Positions 30,765 to 40,420 of a DNA stretch of 64,000 nucleotides are shown here, one piece after another. Numbering within the stretch: position 1 is the stretch's first letter; each line of letters opens with the position of its first letter. The translations under genes and the position numbers were made by a program. The DNA comes from Longimicrobiales bacterium (GTDB lineage Bacteria; Gemmatimonadota; Gemmatimonadetes; Longimicrobiales; Gaopeijiaceae). Under the pieces are notes generated by a model. The model was not told the origin of the DNA. It saw only the letters and a program-made list of their open reading frames with translations, and made no database searches. Location of the stretch: NCBI GenBank assembly GCA_965116905.1, contig OZ220732.1:3264001-3328000 (forward strand), in the 5' to 3' direction.

Positions 30765-31885
30765 CCAAGGGCCCCTTGTCCGTTGAATCCGTCTGGCGCG
30801 GGCTCTCCCACGAACCGCAGCAATGCCGCTGGATCCGAGCTGCTCGCCAGTGCCACCTCCAGCCGGACTTCCCCGTTGAGATAGAGGCGGGCGAGGGAAT
30901 CGTTCATCGTCTGCATCCCATGCTTTCTGCCTGCCTCCATCAGTGACCGGATCTGGTGCACCCTCTCGTCCCGGATCACCGCACGGATCGCGTCGGTGCA
31001 CACCAGGACTTCGGTGGCCACCACCCTGCCGCTTCCCAAGGCCCGCGGGAGCAGTATCTGCGTCACGACTCCCTCCAGCACCGAGGCCAGCTGCGTGCGC
31101 ACCTGGTGCTGGCCATGTGCAGGGAATACGTCTACGACGCGGTTGACCGAGTCCGAGGCAGAGTTGGTATGGAGGGTCGCAAGAACCAGATGGCCCGTCT
31201 CGGCGATGGACAGCGCAGCACCGATGGTCTCCGCATCTCTCATCTCCCCGATCAGAATCACGTCCGGATCCTGTCGCAGCGCGTATTTCAGACCTGTCGC
31301 AAAGGAGCGCGTGTCGACGCCGACCTCCCGCTGGTTGACGATGCAGCGCCGGTGTGAGTGCACGAACTCCATGGGGTCTTCGATCGTGATGATGTGACCA
31401 CGCAGACGCCGATTGATCAGGTCCACCATGGCAGCCAGCGTGGTGGACTTCCCGGACCCCGTCGGCCCGGTGACCAGCACAAGACCTCGTGGACGCGTGG
31501 CCAGCCGATGCATGATCGGGGGAAGTCCCAGCTCTTCCAGCGATCCGACCCTGTGCGGTATGTGCCTCAGAGCCAGGGCGATTTGGCCGCGCTGCCAAAA
31601 GCAGTTGCCCCGGAATCGGGCCAGATCCGGAACGTCGAACGCAAAGTCCAGATCGCGCTCCTCTTCGAACCGCCGCCGCTGATCCGGTGTCAGGAGCGCT
31701 TCAGCCAACCCTTCCGTGTCCGTGGACACGAGGATCGAAACGTCTTCGACCTCCCTCAGGGTGCCGTCGATCCGCAGCTTTGGGCGCTCGCCAACGGTCA
31801 GGTGGAGATCCGACGCGCCACGTCCCACCATCTCCCTCAGCAGTTGCTCCAGCCCCGGCATCCCGGTCGGCCTCGTGGCGGTCAT
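30761..31885 (-). CDS. pilT: Type IV pilus retraction ATPase PilT
   Basis: ASDLHL, GPTGSGKSTT, TIEDP, QREVG, LRQDPD, ETGHLV, AIRAVIRD, GMQTM. Confidence 0.93.
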   Translation of the reverse strand: MTATRPTGMPGLEQLLREMVGRGASDLHLTVGERPKLRIDGTLREVEDVSILVSTDTEGLAEALLTPDQRRRFEEERDLDFAFDVPDLARFRGNCFWQRGQIALALRHIPHRVGSLEELGLPPIMHRLATRPRGLVLVTGPTGSGKSTTLAAMVDLINRRLRGHIITIEDPMEFVHSHRRCIVNQREVGVDTRSFATGLKYALRQDPDVILIGEMRDAETIGAALSIAETGHLVLATLHTNSASDSVNRVVDVFPAHGQHQVRTQLASVLEGVVTQILLPRALGSGRVVATEVLVCTDAIRAVIRDERVHQIRSLMEAGRKHGMQTMNDSLARLYLNGEVRLEVALASSSDPAALLRFVGEPAPDGFNGQGALG

Positions 31886-32571
31886 CTTGCGGTCACCAGC
31901 GGAGCAATGCGGGCCAGGGTTCTGGGACCCACTCCCGGGACCGCGATCAGCTCCTCGACGTCCGCGAACCGACCGTTCTCAATGCGGAAGGCCACGATAC
32001 GTCCGGCGGTCACCGGCCCGATTCCCGGAAGCTTCTGGAGTTCGATCGCCGTCGCGCGGTTCAGGTCGATGATCTCGACGCCGGACACGGGATCCGGCGT
32101 CCCGTTCTCGGCCGAGCCAACCGCTTGAGGGGACGCTCCGAACCCGGCTTCACCGGCGGGCAGGCGGGACCCCGATGACGCCACCCGCAGATGGGGCCTG
32201 AGCCGCTCCACCGACCTCGCCCCCAGTCCGGGAACGCGCGCCAGATCCTCCGGGCGGGCAAAGGGGCCATTCTGCTCTCGGTCCTGCACGATGCGCGCCG
32301 CCTTGGACGCGCCCACTCCGGGCAGCCGGTCCAGTTCCTCCTCCGATGCCGTATTGGGGTCGATCGTTTCCCCCGCGGCCAGGGGCCGACTTCGACGCGC
32401 TTGCGCTTCCACCGCGGAGTCGCCCGCCGCCAACAGGCTGTCCGCGATCGACGGGCGATCCGCGAGCGGCGGTTCCGCAGGTCCGGGCGCAAAGACCAGA
32501 AACCTCACCAGGGCCGCTCCGGCAAGGAGCAGAGCGGCACGCAACATGCTCTTCTTCTCTCGGTCCGTCAC
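31882..32571 (-). CDS. comEA: ComEA-family DNA receptor with N-terminal TM and two HhH domains
   Basis: IDPNTASEEELDRLPGVG and IDLNRATAIELQKLPGIG; GGGAGG RBS before GTG 32571. Confidence 0.88.
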   Translation of the reverse strand: MTDREKKSMLRAALLLAGAALVRFLVFAPGPAEPPLADRPSIADSLLAAGDSAVEAQARRSRPLAAGETIDPNTASEEELDRLPGVGASKAARIVQDREQNGPFARPEDLARVPGLGARSVERLRPHLRVASSGSRLPAGEAGFGASPQAVGSAENGTPDPVSGVEIIDLNRATAIELQKLPGIGPVTAGRIVAFRIENGRFADVEELIAVPGVGPRTLARIAPLVTAR

Positions 32572-32712
32572 CGTTGCCTCCCTTTCTTGAGGTGCACCCC
32601 GGGGCTTCTGCCCGGACCCATGGTCACCCCCTCTCAGGGGCGTTTCCATAGACGAATGGGACAATCGGCATCCGGCCCGGATGCTGTGTGGCGCGACGGC
32701 GCGCTGTTTCCC

Positions 32713-35700
32713 TCAGGAGGGGCGGCGAAGAAGATCGGACGTAAGCAGGAACCGGCCGAAGACGTTGAGCTGAAACTGGGTCGATCCCGCACGCTGGCCG
32801 ACGAAGGAGCGGCGGTCGAGGTATCGCAGCCTGACTCCAAGCTGGAAATCCCGTACCGTAGAGTCGAGTGCCAGTGAGACGTCCCGTTCCAGCTGATCGA
32901 TGAACGCCACGCACGGACTGTCCGGATTCGATAGCCGGCATTCCACCTCGTCCCCGTATCGGACATTCAGGGTGACCCGCATCGGTGCACCCCTTTCCCT
33001 GAATGCCCGCACCGGGGACCGCAGCAGGGCGGTCACGAGCAGCGAATGCGCGTCCCCTTCCCGCTTCGTGTCGCCGGTCGGATCACGGCTGCTGCCCCGA
33101 TCCAGCCGGCCCTCATAGGCCAGCGTGATGCCGCGGGCGAGACCCAGCGTGAGCGACATGGGGATCTGGCGGTCTTCGCGGAAGCGGTCCTGCTGTGCCC
33201 CCTCGCCGAACCCGAGGCTGCGGGTCACCTTCCGGTATCCGGAGCCCAGCGAGAGACGCTCGACAACCCTGGTCAGGAAACGCGGAATCCCCACCTCGCC
33301 GATCGTCGCGCGGACATCGGGCCAGACCCGCCTCAGATCTTGCCGGTCGGAGCGCGTATCCAGCGCTTCATTGAGGGCCCGGTCGAACGAGAGCCGGACG
33401 GCCGTAGAACCCGGCAGCCTCATGCCACCCCGAATCGTGACGCGGTCGCGCTCGCTCAGCGTCGAGGCCGTGTCGGCGCCGATGGTCAGGAAGTCGTCCC
33501 GGCCGCCCCAACCCAATTCATAAATGGCATTGGGATTTACGGCCTCTCGATTAAAGCGTGACGTGAGACCGTGGGAATAGGCGAATGAAAGGGGATCGAA
33601 GGCTCGAGCCAATCGCCTGGCGGGCGTGTCCTGACCGGGTTCGTCCGCCACCATGCGGCCAGGATCGACGGACAGGCTTGCGATGAGGTTCCTCTGCCCG
33701 TCCACGTTCCGCAGCAGCACCAGCGCCGAGTCGCGACCGGTGCCACGATTCTCGATCAGATCGGCGTTGCGTTCGGAAAGATAGATCGTGGTCACCTGGA
33801 CGTTCGTCCGGGCCCAATCCGTGAGCCGTGGCTGATACACCAACCGGGTTCGCAGGTGACGGTTCACCTCCCATCCCAGGTCGACGCCGCCCACGTTTCG
33901 GCGTTCCGCGGCCAGGAGCGTCCTTCGCCGGTCGTCGGTTGTCAGGTCCTCCAGAGCCAGAAGGTCCCTTCCGCTCAGCAGGTCCGCCGATACGGCGAGC
34001 GATTCCACAGGACGGAACCCGATCGTTGCGGATGCGGTCACCCGCTCCCGCGGTGCGCGTGTGGCCACGGCGAGAGAGTCGTCGGGACTGCGAATGATCC
34101 TGTCGAAGCGCAACGTGCTGAGGTCGCGGTTGAGGAGCTCGCCGGTAAAGCCCAGGCTCTCGGGAGTCCACCGAAGTCGGGCACCCGCAATTCTGTCTTC
34201 GAGGAACGACGGGAGGATCGCGCGCAACGCAGCGCCAACCACCCCCGGGAAAAGCGGAAGTTCGCGGCGCGCCGGGGTTGCCGAGTAGCCGACAAAGGCG
34301 TCCACGCCGGACCCGTCGCTCTCCGTCGTAATGGTGCGCAGGGAGGTACGCACCATTCCGGCCCGCACATCGAGCCCGTCCAGCAGCACATCCCACGGAC
34401 CGCTCGCCTCCTCACTCCGGCGGCGCAGCGAAATGTCCATCCGCGAGCGGCTGAAGCCGGGTTGCCGGAGTCCCTCCAGCCGGTCGGCGCGGACATCGCT
34501 GCGTCCGAGGAAGATGGGCGCCTGTCCCTCCTGTTCATGCGTGAAGGAGAGCGGCGCCTCCAGGCCCCAGGACTCCGGTGTGAAGCGCCCCAGTTGCATC
34601 GTGGCCTGCACGTCGAGCGTACGGTCGTTCTGGAACGTCGGACCGGCCTGCAGTTGGCGAAAATACCCGCCCCTGCGGCGGAAGGAGGCACGGGACTGCA
34701 GAAACTCTCCGCCGCGAACCTCGGCGTCGACGGCCGACACGAGGCCCCCGTCCCGGATTCCATTCGCCAGCCGAAGCTCGTCGACCCATACCTCACCCGA
34801 GATCGGAGCACCGGACTGGTTCATGACCCCGAGGCTGATCTCGCGTACCGACGCGAGGTTGGGAGCGCGGCCCCGGTCCTGCAGCACCACCGCGTAGGTG
34901 GAGTCCGCCGACCACAGCTCCAGGGGCGGGTCCCCGGGCAATCTCGGTTCGAGAATAAGCCGCTCCTCGGCCTGCCGCCTCAGCGTGAGCCACTCGTCGA
35001 AGCCGATGACCACCTCGGGCAGCCAGTCCTCCTCCGCGACCGCGCCGGGTGAGCCGGCTGGATCGAGGCGTGTCCGGAACATGTAGAAGTTGCCGTCGTC
35101 GGTCCCGAACTTGACGAAGAAGTACACGGGAAGCTGCACCCCGAAATCGCCCCTGGGGGCAACCGCCCACAAACGGGCTTCCCGGTAGGACAGGAAATCC
35201 CGGGGTCGTTGCGGGAACCGGTTGTACACCTCCACACGGTCCCCGGGCAGCAGGTCGGAGAAACTCACGGCAAGCGAGCGTTCGTTGAATTCGACGCCCT
35301 GCCCTCCAAAGGCGATCGTCGGATCGTCCAGCTGCTCGATGACCCCGGGCGGGGACGTGTACGCATTCCCCGCCGTGAGCCTGGACACCGGACCCACCTC
35401 GACGCGTCCGTGGACCGATGCGGTGTCCCCGCCGATCCCGGTGAGAACGCCCGTGAGCGAACGCTTGATCCACGTCGATCCCACGATCCCCATGCGGGCC
35501 AGAACGAAGGAATCGCGGCGCTTGCCGGCAACGGTAAGGCGCAGGTGACGCACCGCGCGCAACTCCGCGTCGCTGATCGCCCCGCCGACGTCGATCCCGG
35601 CCGGATGACGCAGCGGGACCCGGTAGAGCCGGAATGCGGTGCCGGTTTCCTGCCGGTCCCGAACCAGAAACGGAGACGACCCGTCCAGGGAAACCACGAA

Positions 35701-38700
35701 GCGGCGATAGCGCTCCAGCGTGTCCAGGTTGCCGTCCTCGTCGAGGTCCTCCGTGTCGGGCCGCCCGTTGCCCCGCGTGCAGTTCGCGTTCGGATCACCC
35801 AGCCGATAGACCCGTCCTCGCTCGGCAAAGCAGTCCTCGACCCATACGCCCCTCCCGTCTGCGAGCCTGCCCCAGACCTCGCCGCGCCGGGGGTCGGCCT
35901 CCTGATCGAGAATCCCCTCGCCCCACGGGACGTGCACGATCGGCTTCACTCCGCTCACCGCGCCGACCGTGTCGACAAAGAAGGCATCCTCGCTCACGAT
36001 GCCGAGGTCGAGCACCAGATGGAGAAAGTCGCCGTCGCGGACGTAGAATTCGATGAAGTCGCTCTTGGTCAGGTCGGTGCCCGTGGGGCTCAGCACCGTG
36101 GTCATCGATGCCCATCCGCCGGGGCCCTCCTCGTCGCCGCTCCTGGGCTGGAATCGCACGAAAAGCCCCGGTTCGCGGATGGCGCTTCCGGTGATCCTGA
36201 TCTGTCGGTCGATGTCCGCGCTGGGGTTGAAGCCCTGAAAGACCCCCAGGCTGTCCCCGCCGGCGCCCTCGTCGATCCAGGTGTGCTGCCAGGTCAGCGA
36301 AGCCACCGTTTCGGGTGACATGATCGGCGGAAGCGCGTCTTCCGCGCCGTCTCGAAACGCCGGACGGCTGCCGCGACGCCACTCCTGGCTCTGAACCGAC
36401 AGCGGCCGGGCGTTCACACCGTCGTAGTCGTCCACGTACACGGCACCCTGCGTGTTCGGATTCGGCAGCGATGCCGCCGTCTCGCCGGACAGGTGCACCG
36501 ACGATTCCGATCCCGCATCGAGGCCGGGGATCGCATTCAGCACCCTGGTCAGGACCGGGGCGTCGAGATTGACGGTCGCGTTCACTCCCCCCAGCCCGAC
36601 CGCCCCCGCTTCCACGCCGAGCTGCGGACGTCGCACCAGTTCGTCCTCGCTCTGGTACAGGCCTACCAGGTTGACCGCTCCGTAGCCGCCAAGATCATAG
36701 CGCGCATTGACTCCGAAGACGGAAGTGGGCGCCACCTGGAAGAAGCTGCGCTGCTCCCAGGACACCTCCAGCACGCGACCCGGGTTGGCGGCCAGCAGCG
36801 CGTCCGGGTTGACCAGGGTCAGCTGTCCTATGTCGTAGTCGATCACGTAGTCCACGTCGCGCAGCAGGGGACGCTCCCCAAGCGTCACGCGCTCCGTGTC
36901 CTCGCGGATGCCGACGGCCCCCAGGGCAAACGACGACAGCAGTCCCTCACCGGTCACCTGGTAGGCCAGATTGAGCCTGAAGACCCCCCCGTTGTCACGC
37001 TCGAACGGGTCGGGATCGCGGTAGATGCGTTCGTTGCGGTTGGCCCCGAGAATCCGTGCGACCTCTACCGAATCGATCGCCAGGCTGCGCAGCGGGGGCG
37101 GATTCGCAAATGGTTCCAGCGTCGGAAACACGATGAAGGTGCCGGACACGGGCGGCTGGTCCTCGAAGGAGTCGAGCGCAGGCCGATAGATCTGGGACTG
37201 GTCGAGGCGGTCGGCAGGTGATTCCTCGTCGAGGCCGAAGAGGCGCAGGTACGTCAGGTCGTCACCGTTCGGACGGCGCGCGAATGTTCGCCCGGCGCTC
37301 TCCTCTCCGAGCGACAGCGTCAGCTCGACCGTGCCGGGATCCACATCGCCGGACGACGACACCCGGTAGACCTGGTGCATCTCGGTGCGCCATGTGGGCC
37401 TGTCGGGCTGGTGCTGGGCCGAAGAAGCCTTCAGGAGCCGCAGCCGGGGCCTTCCGCCGTCTCGGTAGATGCGCTCGGGACTATAGGTGCCGATCGTGTC
37501 TCCCGTCGCCGTGATGTAGGTGACCGCCAGTATCTCGCCCGGACTCAGCGGAGACCGCAGCGCCAGCCACAGCCCGCTGGGATGGACCACGTAGTCCTGG
37601 CCGGGCTGCAGGTACCGGAACCAGGCCGACTCGGCGACCGTGTCCGCCGCGAGCCCGGCTGCCGCGTCGGCCTGTATGTAGCCCTCCACCTGCTGGCGCG
37701 CGTACAGGTCGATTTCGGAGCGGTAGAGCTGGATGGCGTCATCCCCGGGGGCCACCTCGGGCGGAGCGTCCGCGGGTGTCAGCGCCAGCGCGTCCACGTG
37801 CGGGTATTCCGGGAGCTGCGCGGGGTCGAAGAGGAAGAAGAACTGCCCGTCCACGTAGTCGGCGTCGTCGATGATGAGCGTGTCGGTTCGGGAAAAGCCC
37901 CTGCCCGACCCCTCCAGCCGAAAACGCCTCGAGGTCACTTCCCCGCTCTGCTGTGCCCACACGGACTGAATGTCCACGGGGCCCGCCCTCAATGCGGCCT
38001 GAAAGCCGAAGTTGCCCGCGGGCACGCCTTCGCGCAGGAAACGCGAAGGGGGCAGATCCAGGCGCACATCGCCCACCTCGAACCGTTGCAGCACCTCCCC
38101 GGGAAGGCCCTGGTAGTGAATGTTGACCCGGTTCGCCCCCTGAAACTCACGGGTCTGATCGTAGTCGACGTCGACGAGGATGCGATTCGTGATCGTGCCG
38201 TCGGCGTTCGCGGCGAACTGGATGTCCGGGTTGAGCTTCGGCAGCGTTGGGAGCTCGCAGGTCACCTGCACCGTTTCGTCGCAGGGACGGAACTGTGTCC
38301 AGTCGCCGCCGAACTGGCCGGTCCCCCGCAGGAAGAAGCCAAGATCGGCGAACTCGTTCTGGAACCTCTCCGGATCGACGACCCGTCCGCCCAGCACCGC
38401 GCGGGGGCGCGGCGCCGGGATGTCCGCGTAACCGAACGTGCGCCCGAGCGTGCCCAGCCGCGCCAGCGGCTCTTCGTTCCAGTCGGGCCGCACCGGCGGG
38501 CTCAGCGACACGGGCTGGCCCGGCATGCGGCGGAGCAGCAGAGGGGGAGCGTTCAGGGCCAGCCCGAAGCGCGCAACGGGGACGCGCGCGAGACCGAGCC
38601 GCACCGCAGGTGGTGGCGGCGCGGGCGGCGACATCAGGGATTCAAGTGGTTGCCGCAACTGCGGGATGATCCAGAGAAGGGTGTCCGCGAGAGGGGGGCC

Positions 38701-38874
38701 GCGTTCCTGCTGGCCATCGATTCCCCCCGCCGACGCGAGCAGCAGCGCGATGGCCGCCGCAGATGCCCGACCGCCGCCTCCGCCTGGCCGGCCCGGGCCA
38801 CGGACCCGCCAGCGGATCCGGTCAGGTCCGGACTCGCGGCGCCGGAGACTCCCGCGGGATCGGTTACATTTCAT
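32713..38874 (-). CDS. sprA: SprA/Sov-like giant outer-membrane protein (2053 aa)
   Basis: SprA-like motifs EVGDV..P...NFG, NPNT.G.VYVDDYDG, PDTEDLD.DGNLD, GEVWVDELRL; signal peptide; amphipathic beta-strand C-terminal region. Confidence 0.72.
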   Translation of the reverse strand: MKCNRSRGSLRRRESGPDRIRWRVRGPGRPGGGGGRASAAAIALLLASAGGIDGQQERGPPLADTLLWIIPQLRQPLESLMSPPAPPPPAVRLGLARVPVARFGLALNAPPLLLRRMPGQPVSLSPPVRPDWNEEPLARLGTLGRTFGYADIPAPRPRAVLGGRVVDPERFQNEFADLGFFLRGTGQFGGDWTQFRPCDETVQVTCELPTLPKLNPDIQFAANADGTITNRILVDVDYDQTREFQGANRVNIHYQGLPGEVLQRFEVGDVRLDLPPSRFLREGVPAGNFGFQAALRAGPVDIQSVWAQQSGEVTSRRFRLEGSGRGFSRTDTLIIDDADYVDGQFFFLFDPAQLPEYPHVDALALTPADAPPEVAPGDDAIQLYRSEIDLYARQQVEGYIQADAAAGLAADTVAESAWFRYLQPGQDYVVHPSGLWLALRSPLSPGEILAVTYITATGDTIGTYSPERIYRDGGRPRLRLLKASSAQHQPDRPTWRTEMHQVYRVSSSGDVDPGTVELTLSLGEESAGRTFARRPNGDDLTYLRLFGLDEESPADRLDQSQIYRPALDSFEDQPPVSGTFIVFPTLEPFANPPPLRSLAIDSVEVARILGANRNERIYRDPDPFERDNGGVFRLNLAYQVTGEGLLSSFALGAVGIREDTERVTLGERPLLRDVDYVIDYDIGQLTLVNPDALLAANPGRVLEVSWEQRSFFQVAPTSVFGVNARYDLGGYGAVNLVGLYQSEDELVRRPQLGVEAGAVGLGGVNATVNLDAPVLTRVLNAIPGLDAGSESSVHLSGETAASLPNPNTQGAVYVDDYDGVNARPLSVQSQEWRRGSRPAFRDGAEDALPPIMSPETVASLTWQHTWIDEGAGGDSLGVFQGFNPSADIDRQIRITGSAIREPGLFVRFQPRSGDEEGPGGWASMTTVLSPTGTDLTKSDFIEFYVRDGDFLHLVLDLGIVSEDAFFVDTVGAVSGVKPIVHVPWGEGILDQEADPRRGEVWGRLADGRGVWVEDCFAERGRVYRLGDPNANCTRGNGRPDTEDLDEDGNLDTLERYRRFVVSLDGSSPFLVRDRQETGTAFRLYRVPLRHPAGIDVGGAISDAELRAVRHLRLTVAGKRRDSFVLARMGIVGSTWIKRSLTGVLTGIGGDTASVHGRVEVGPVSRLTAGNAYTSPPGVIEQLDDPTIAFGGQGVEFNERSLAVSFSDLLPGDRVEVYNRFPQRPRDFLSYREARLWAVAPRGDFGVQLPVYFFVKFGTDDGNFYMFRTRLDPAGSPGAVAEEDWLPEVVIGFDEWLTLRRQAEERLILEPRLPGDPPLELWSADSTYAVVLQDRGRAPNLASVREISLGVMNQSGAPISGEVWVDELRLANGIRDGGLVSAVDAEVRGGEFLQSRASFRRRGGYFRQLQAGPTFQNDRTLDVQATMQLGRFTPESWGLEAPLSFTHEQEGQAPIFLGRSDVRADRLEGLRQPGFSRSRMDISLRRRSEEASGPWDVLLDGLDVRAGMVRTSLRTITTESDGSGVDAFVGYSATPARRELPLFPGVVGAALRAILPSFLEDRIAGARLRWTPESLGFTGELLNRDLSTLRFDRIIRSPDDSLAVATRAPRERVTASATIGFRPVESLAVSADLLSGRDLLALEDLTTDDRRRTLLAAERRNVGGVDLGWEVNRHLRTRLVYQPRLTDWARTNVQVTTIYLSERNADLIENRGTGRDSALVLLRNVDGQRNLIASLSVDPGRMVADEPGQDTPARRLARAFDPLSFAYSHGLTSRFNREAVNPNAIYELGWGGRDDFLTIGADTASTLSERDRVTIRGGMRLPGSTAVRLSFDRALNEALDTRSDRQDLRRVWPDVRATIGEVGIPRFLTRVVERLSLGSGYRKVTRSLGFGEGAQQDRFREDRQIPMSLTLGLARGITLAYEGRLDRGSSRDPTGDTKREGDAHSLLVTALLRSPVRAFRERGAPMRVTLNVRYGDEVECRLSNPDSPCVAFIDQLERDVSLALDSTVRDFQLGVRLRYLDRRSFVGQRAGSTQFQLNVFGRFLLTSDLLRRPS

Positions 38875-38992
38875 GATTCAGGCCGTTGAGACCCGCGAAT
38901 CGCCGGCGAGCGGAACAACCAACCGGGGGTCGAGGGCAATCCAAGGGGCGCCCGTCGAAAAAAGTGGCTTCACAGTTCGATTCCAGCCGACC

Positions 38993-40420
38993 ATGACGAT
39001 TCTGACGCGCTACCTGATACGCTCACACCTGGTTCCGCTCCTGTTCACATTCAGTCTTGTGACCGGCCTGCTCTACCTGAACACGGTGACCCGGTTGCTG
39101 GAGGACCTGGTCGGAAAGGGGCTGCCGACCGAGATCATCCTCGAAGCCCTTATCCTATCGTTTCCCCATACCCTGGCGCTGAGCCTCCCCATCGCGGTCC
39201 TCCCGGCAGTCCTCTATACGTTCAGCGAACTCGCATCCGCGAGCGAGATCGTAGCGATGTCCGCCAGCGGCGTGCGGCCGCGCAAGCTCTTCATTCCGGT
39301 GCTTCTCCTCGGCACGCTTCTGACCGGCATCACGTACACCTTCAACGACTTCGTGCTGCCGGAGGCGAACCACCGGCTCAAGAACCTCCGCAACTCCATC
39401 CGCCAGAAGAGTCCCACCTTCCAACTCCGCGAGCGCGTGGTCAACCTCATCGAAGGAGAGAATGGGCTGGGCCCCTATTTTCTGAGGGTGGACGAGATCG
39501 ATCCCGTGTCGGCCGAACTCACCGAGGTCGTCATCTATGATATGAGTCAGCAGGGGACCCGGCGCACCACGTATGCGACACGCGGCAAGATGGATCTCAA
39601 CAACACGTACACCGACCTTCACCTTCGGCTCCACGATGGCCAGGTGTACGAGGTGGGCAACCGGGAGATCGGAGCCTTCCAGCGGACGGGGTTCGAGGAA
39701 CAGCTGTACGTCCTTCGTGGCGTGGGAGACGTGTTCCAGGACATGGGCGGCGACCAACGCACCGACCGTGAGATGTCCATCGCGCTTCTGCGCGACTCCG
39801 CCCAGGCCAAGCGCCTCGCTCTGGACTCGATCCGGCAGGACGCGCGCCGGCAAACGATACGGGCGGTGGAGCGGGCCCTTGGCACGGGTCAGATCGCGGA
39901 CTCTGCCCGGACCCACGGCGTCGGCCTCGCCAAGCCGCTGCCGGGGACCACGGGCGACGTGCTCCCCTCCGACGACGTCTCCCGCACGGTCGCGCTGACC
40001 GCGCGCACGCACACGGCCCGAACGACGGCCTTGCGAAAGCGCGCGAGCCAATACGGCGTCGAGATTCACAAGAAGCTCGTCATCGCCAGCGCGTGCATCA
40101 TCTTCGTCCTGATCGGCATGCCCGTCGGCATCCGCTTCCCCCGGGGCGGGATCAGCATGGTGATCGTCGTGTCCGCCGCGGTCATCGGCGTCTACCAGTA
40201 CGGCCTGACCACGGGCGAGGACTGGGCCGACCGGGACCTCGCCGCGCCGTTCTGGACCATGTGGGCCCCCAACCTCGTCTTCCTTGTGATCGGGATGCTC
40301 ATGGTGTCCCGCATGGGCAGATGGATCGCGTCCTCCCGCGACAGTGGCTGGCGCGACCTCTGGCTGGCCGCAAGGCGCTTGATCCGCAAGGTGTTCGGAC
40401 GTCGAAGAAGGCCGGCCTGA
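38993..40420 (+). CDS. lptF: LPS export ABC transporter permease LptF
   Basis: ILTRYL, SEIVAMSASGV, VEIHKK, W.PN; tandem with LptG-like gene. Confidence 0.85.
   Translation: MTILTRYLIRSHLVPLLFTFSLVTGLLYLNTVTRLLEDLVGKGLPTEIILEALILSFPHTLALSLPIAVLPAVLYTFSELASASEIVAMSASGVRPRKLFIPVLLLGTLLTGITYTFNDFVLPEANHRLKNLRNSIRQKSPTFQLRERVVNLIEGENGLGPYFLRVDEIDPVSAELTEVVIYDMSQQGTRRTTYATRGKMDLNNTYTDLHLRLHDGQVYEVGNREIGAFQRTGFEEQLYVLRGVGDVFQDMGGDQRTDREMSIALLRDSAQAKRLALDSIRQDARRQTIRAVERALGTGQIADSARTHGVGLAKPLPGTTGDVLPSDDVSRTVALTARTHTARTTALRKRASQYGVEIHKKLVIASACIIFVLIGMPVGIRFPRGGISMVIVVSAAVIGVYQYGLTTGEDWADRDLAAPFWTMWAPNLVFLVIGMLMVSRMGRWIASSRDSGWRDLWLAARRLIRKVFGRRRRPA

Noticed and set aside
29715..31598. 627-aa PilC or a pilT-pilC frameshift fusion
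   Set aside because: The extension is an alternate frame of pilT with no PilC-like sequence; GTG at 30764 overlapping the pilT stop is the simpler start.
38965..38992. tRNA fragment (GTTCGATTCC T-loop-like)
   Set aside because: Flanks do not pair as a T-stem and no cloverleaf can be built.
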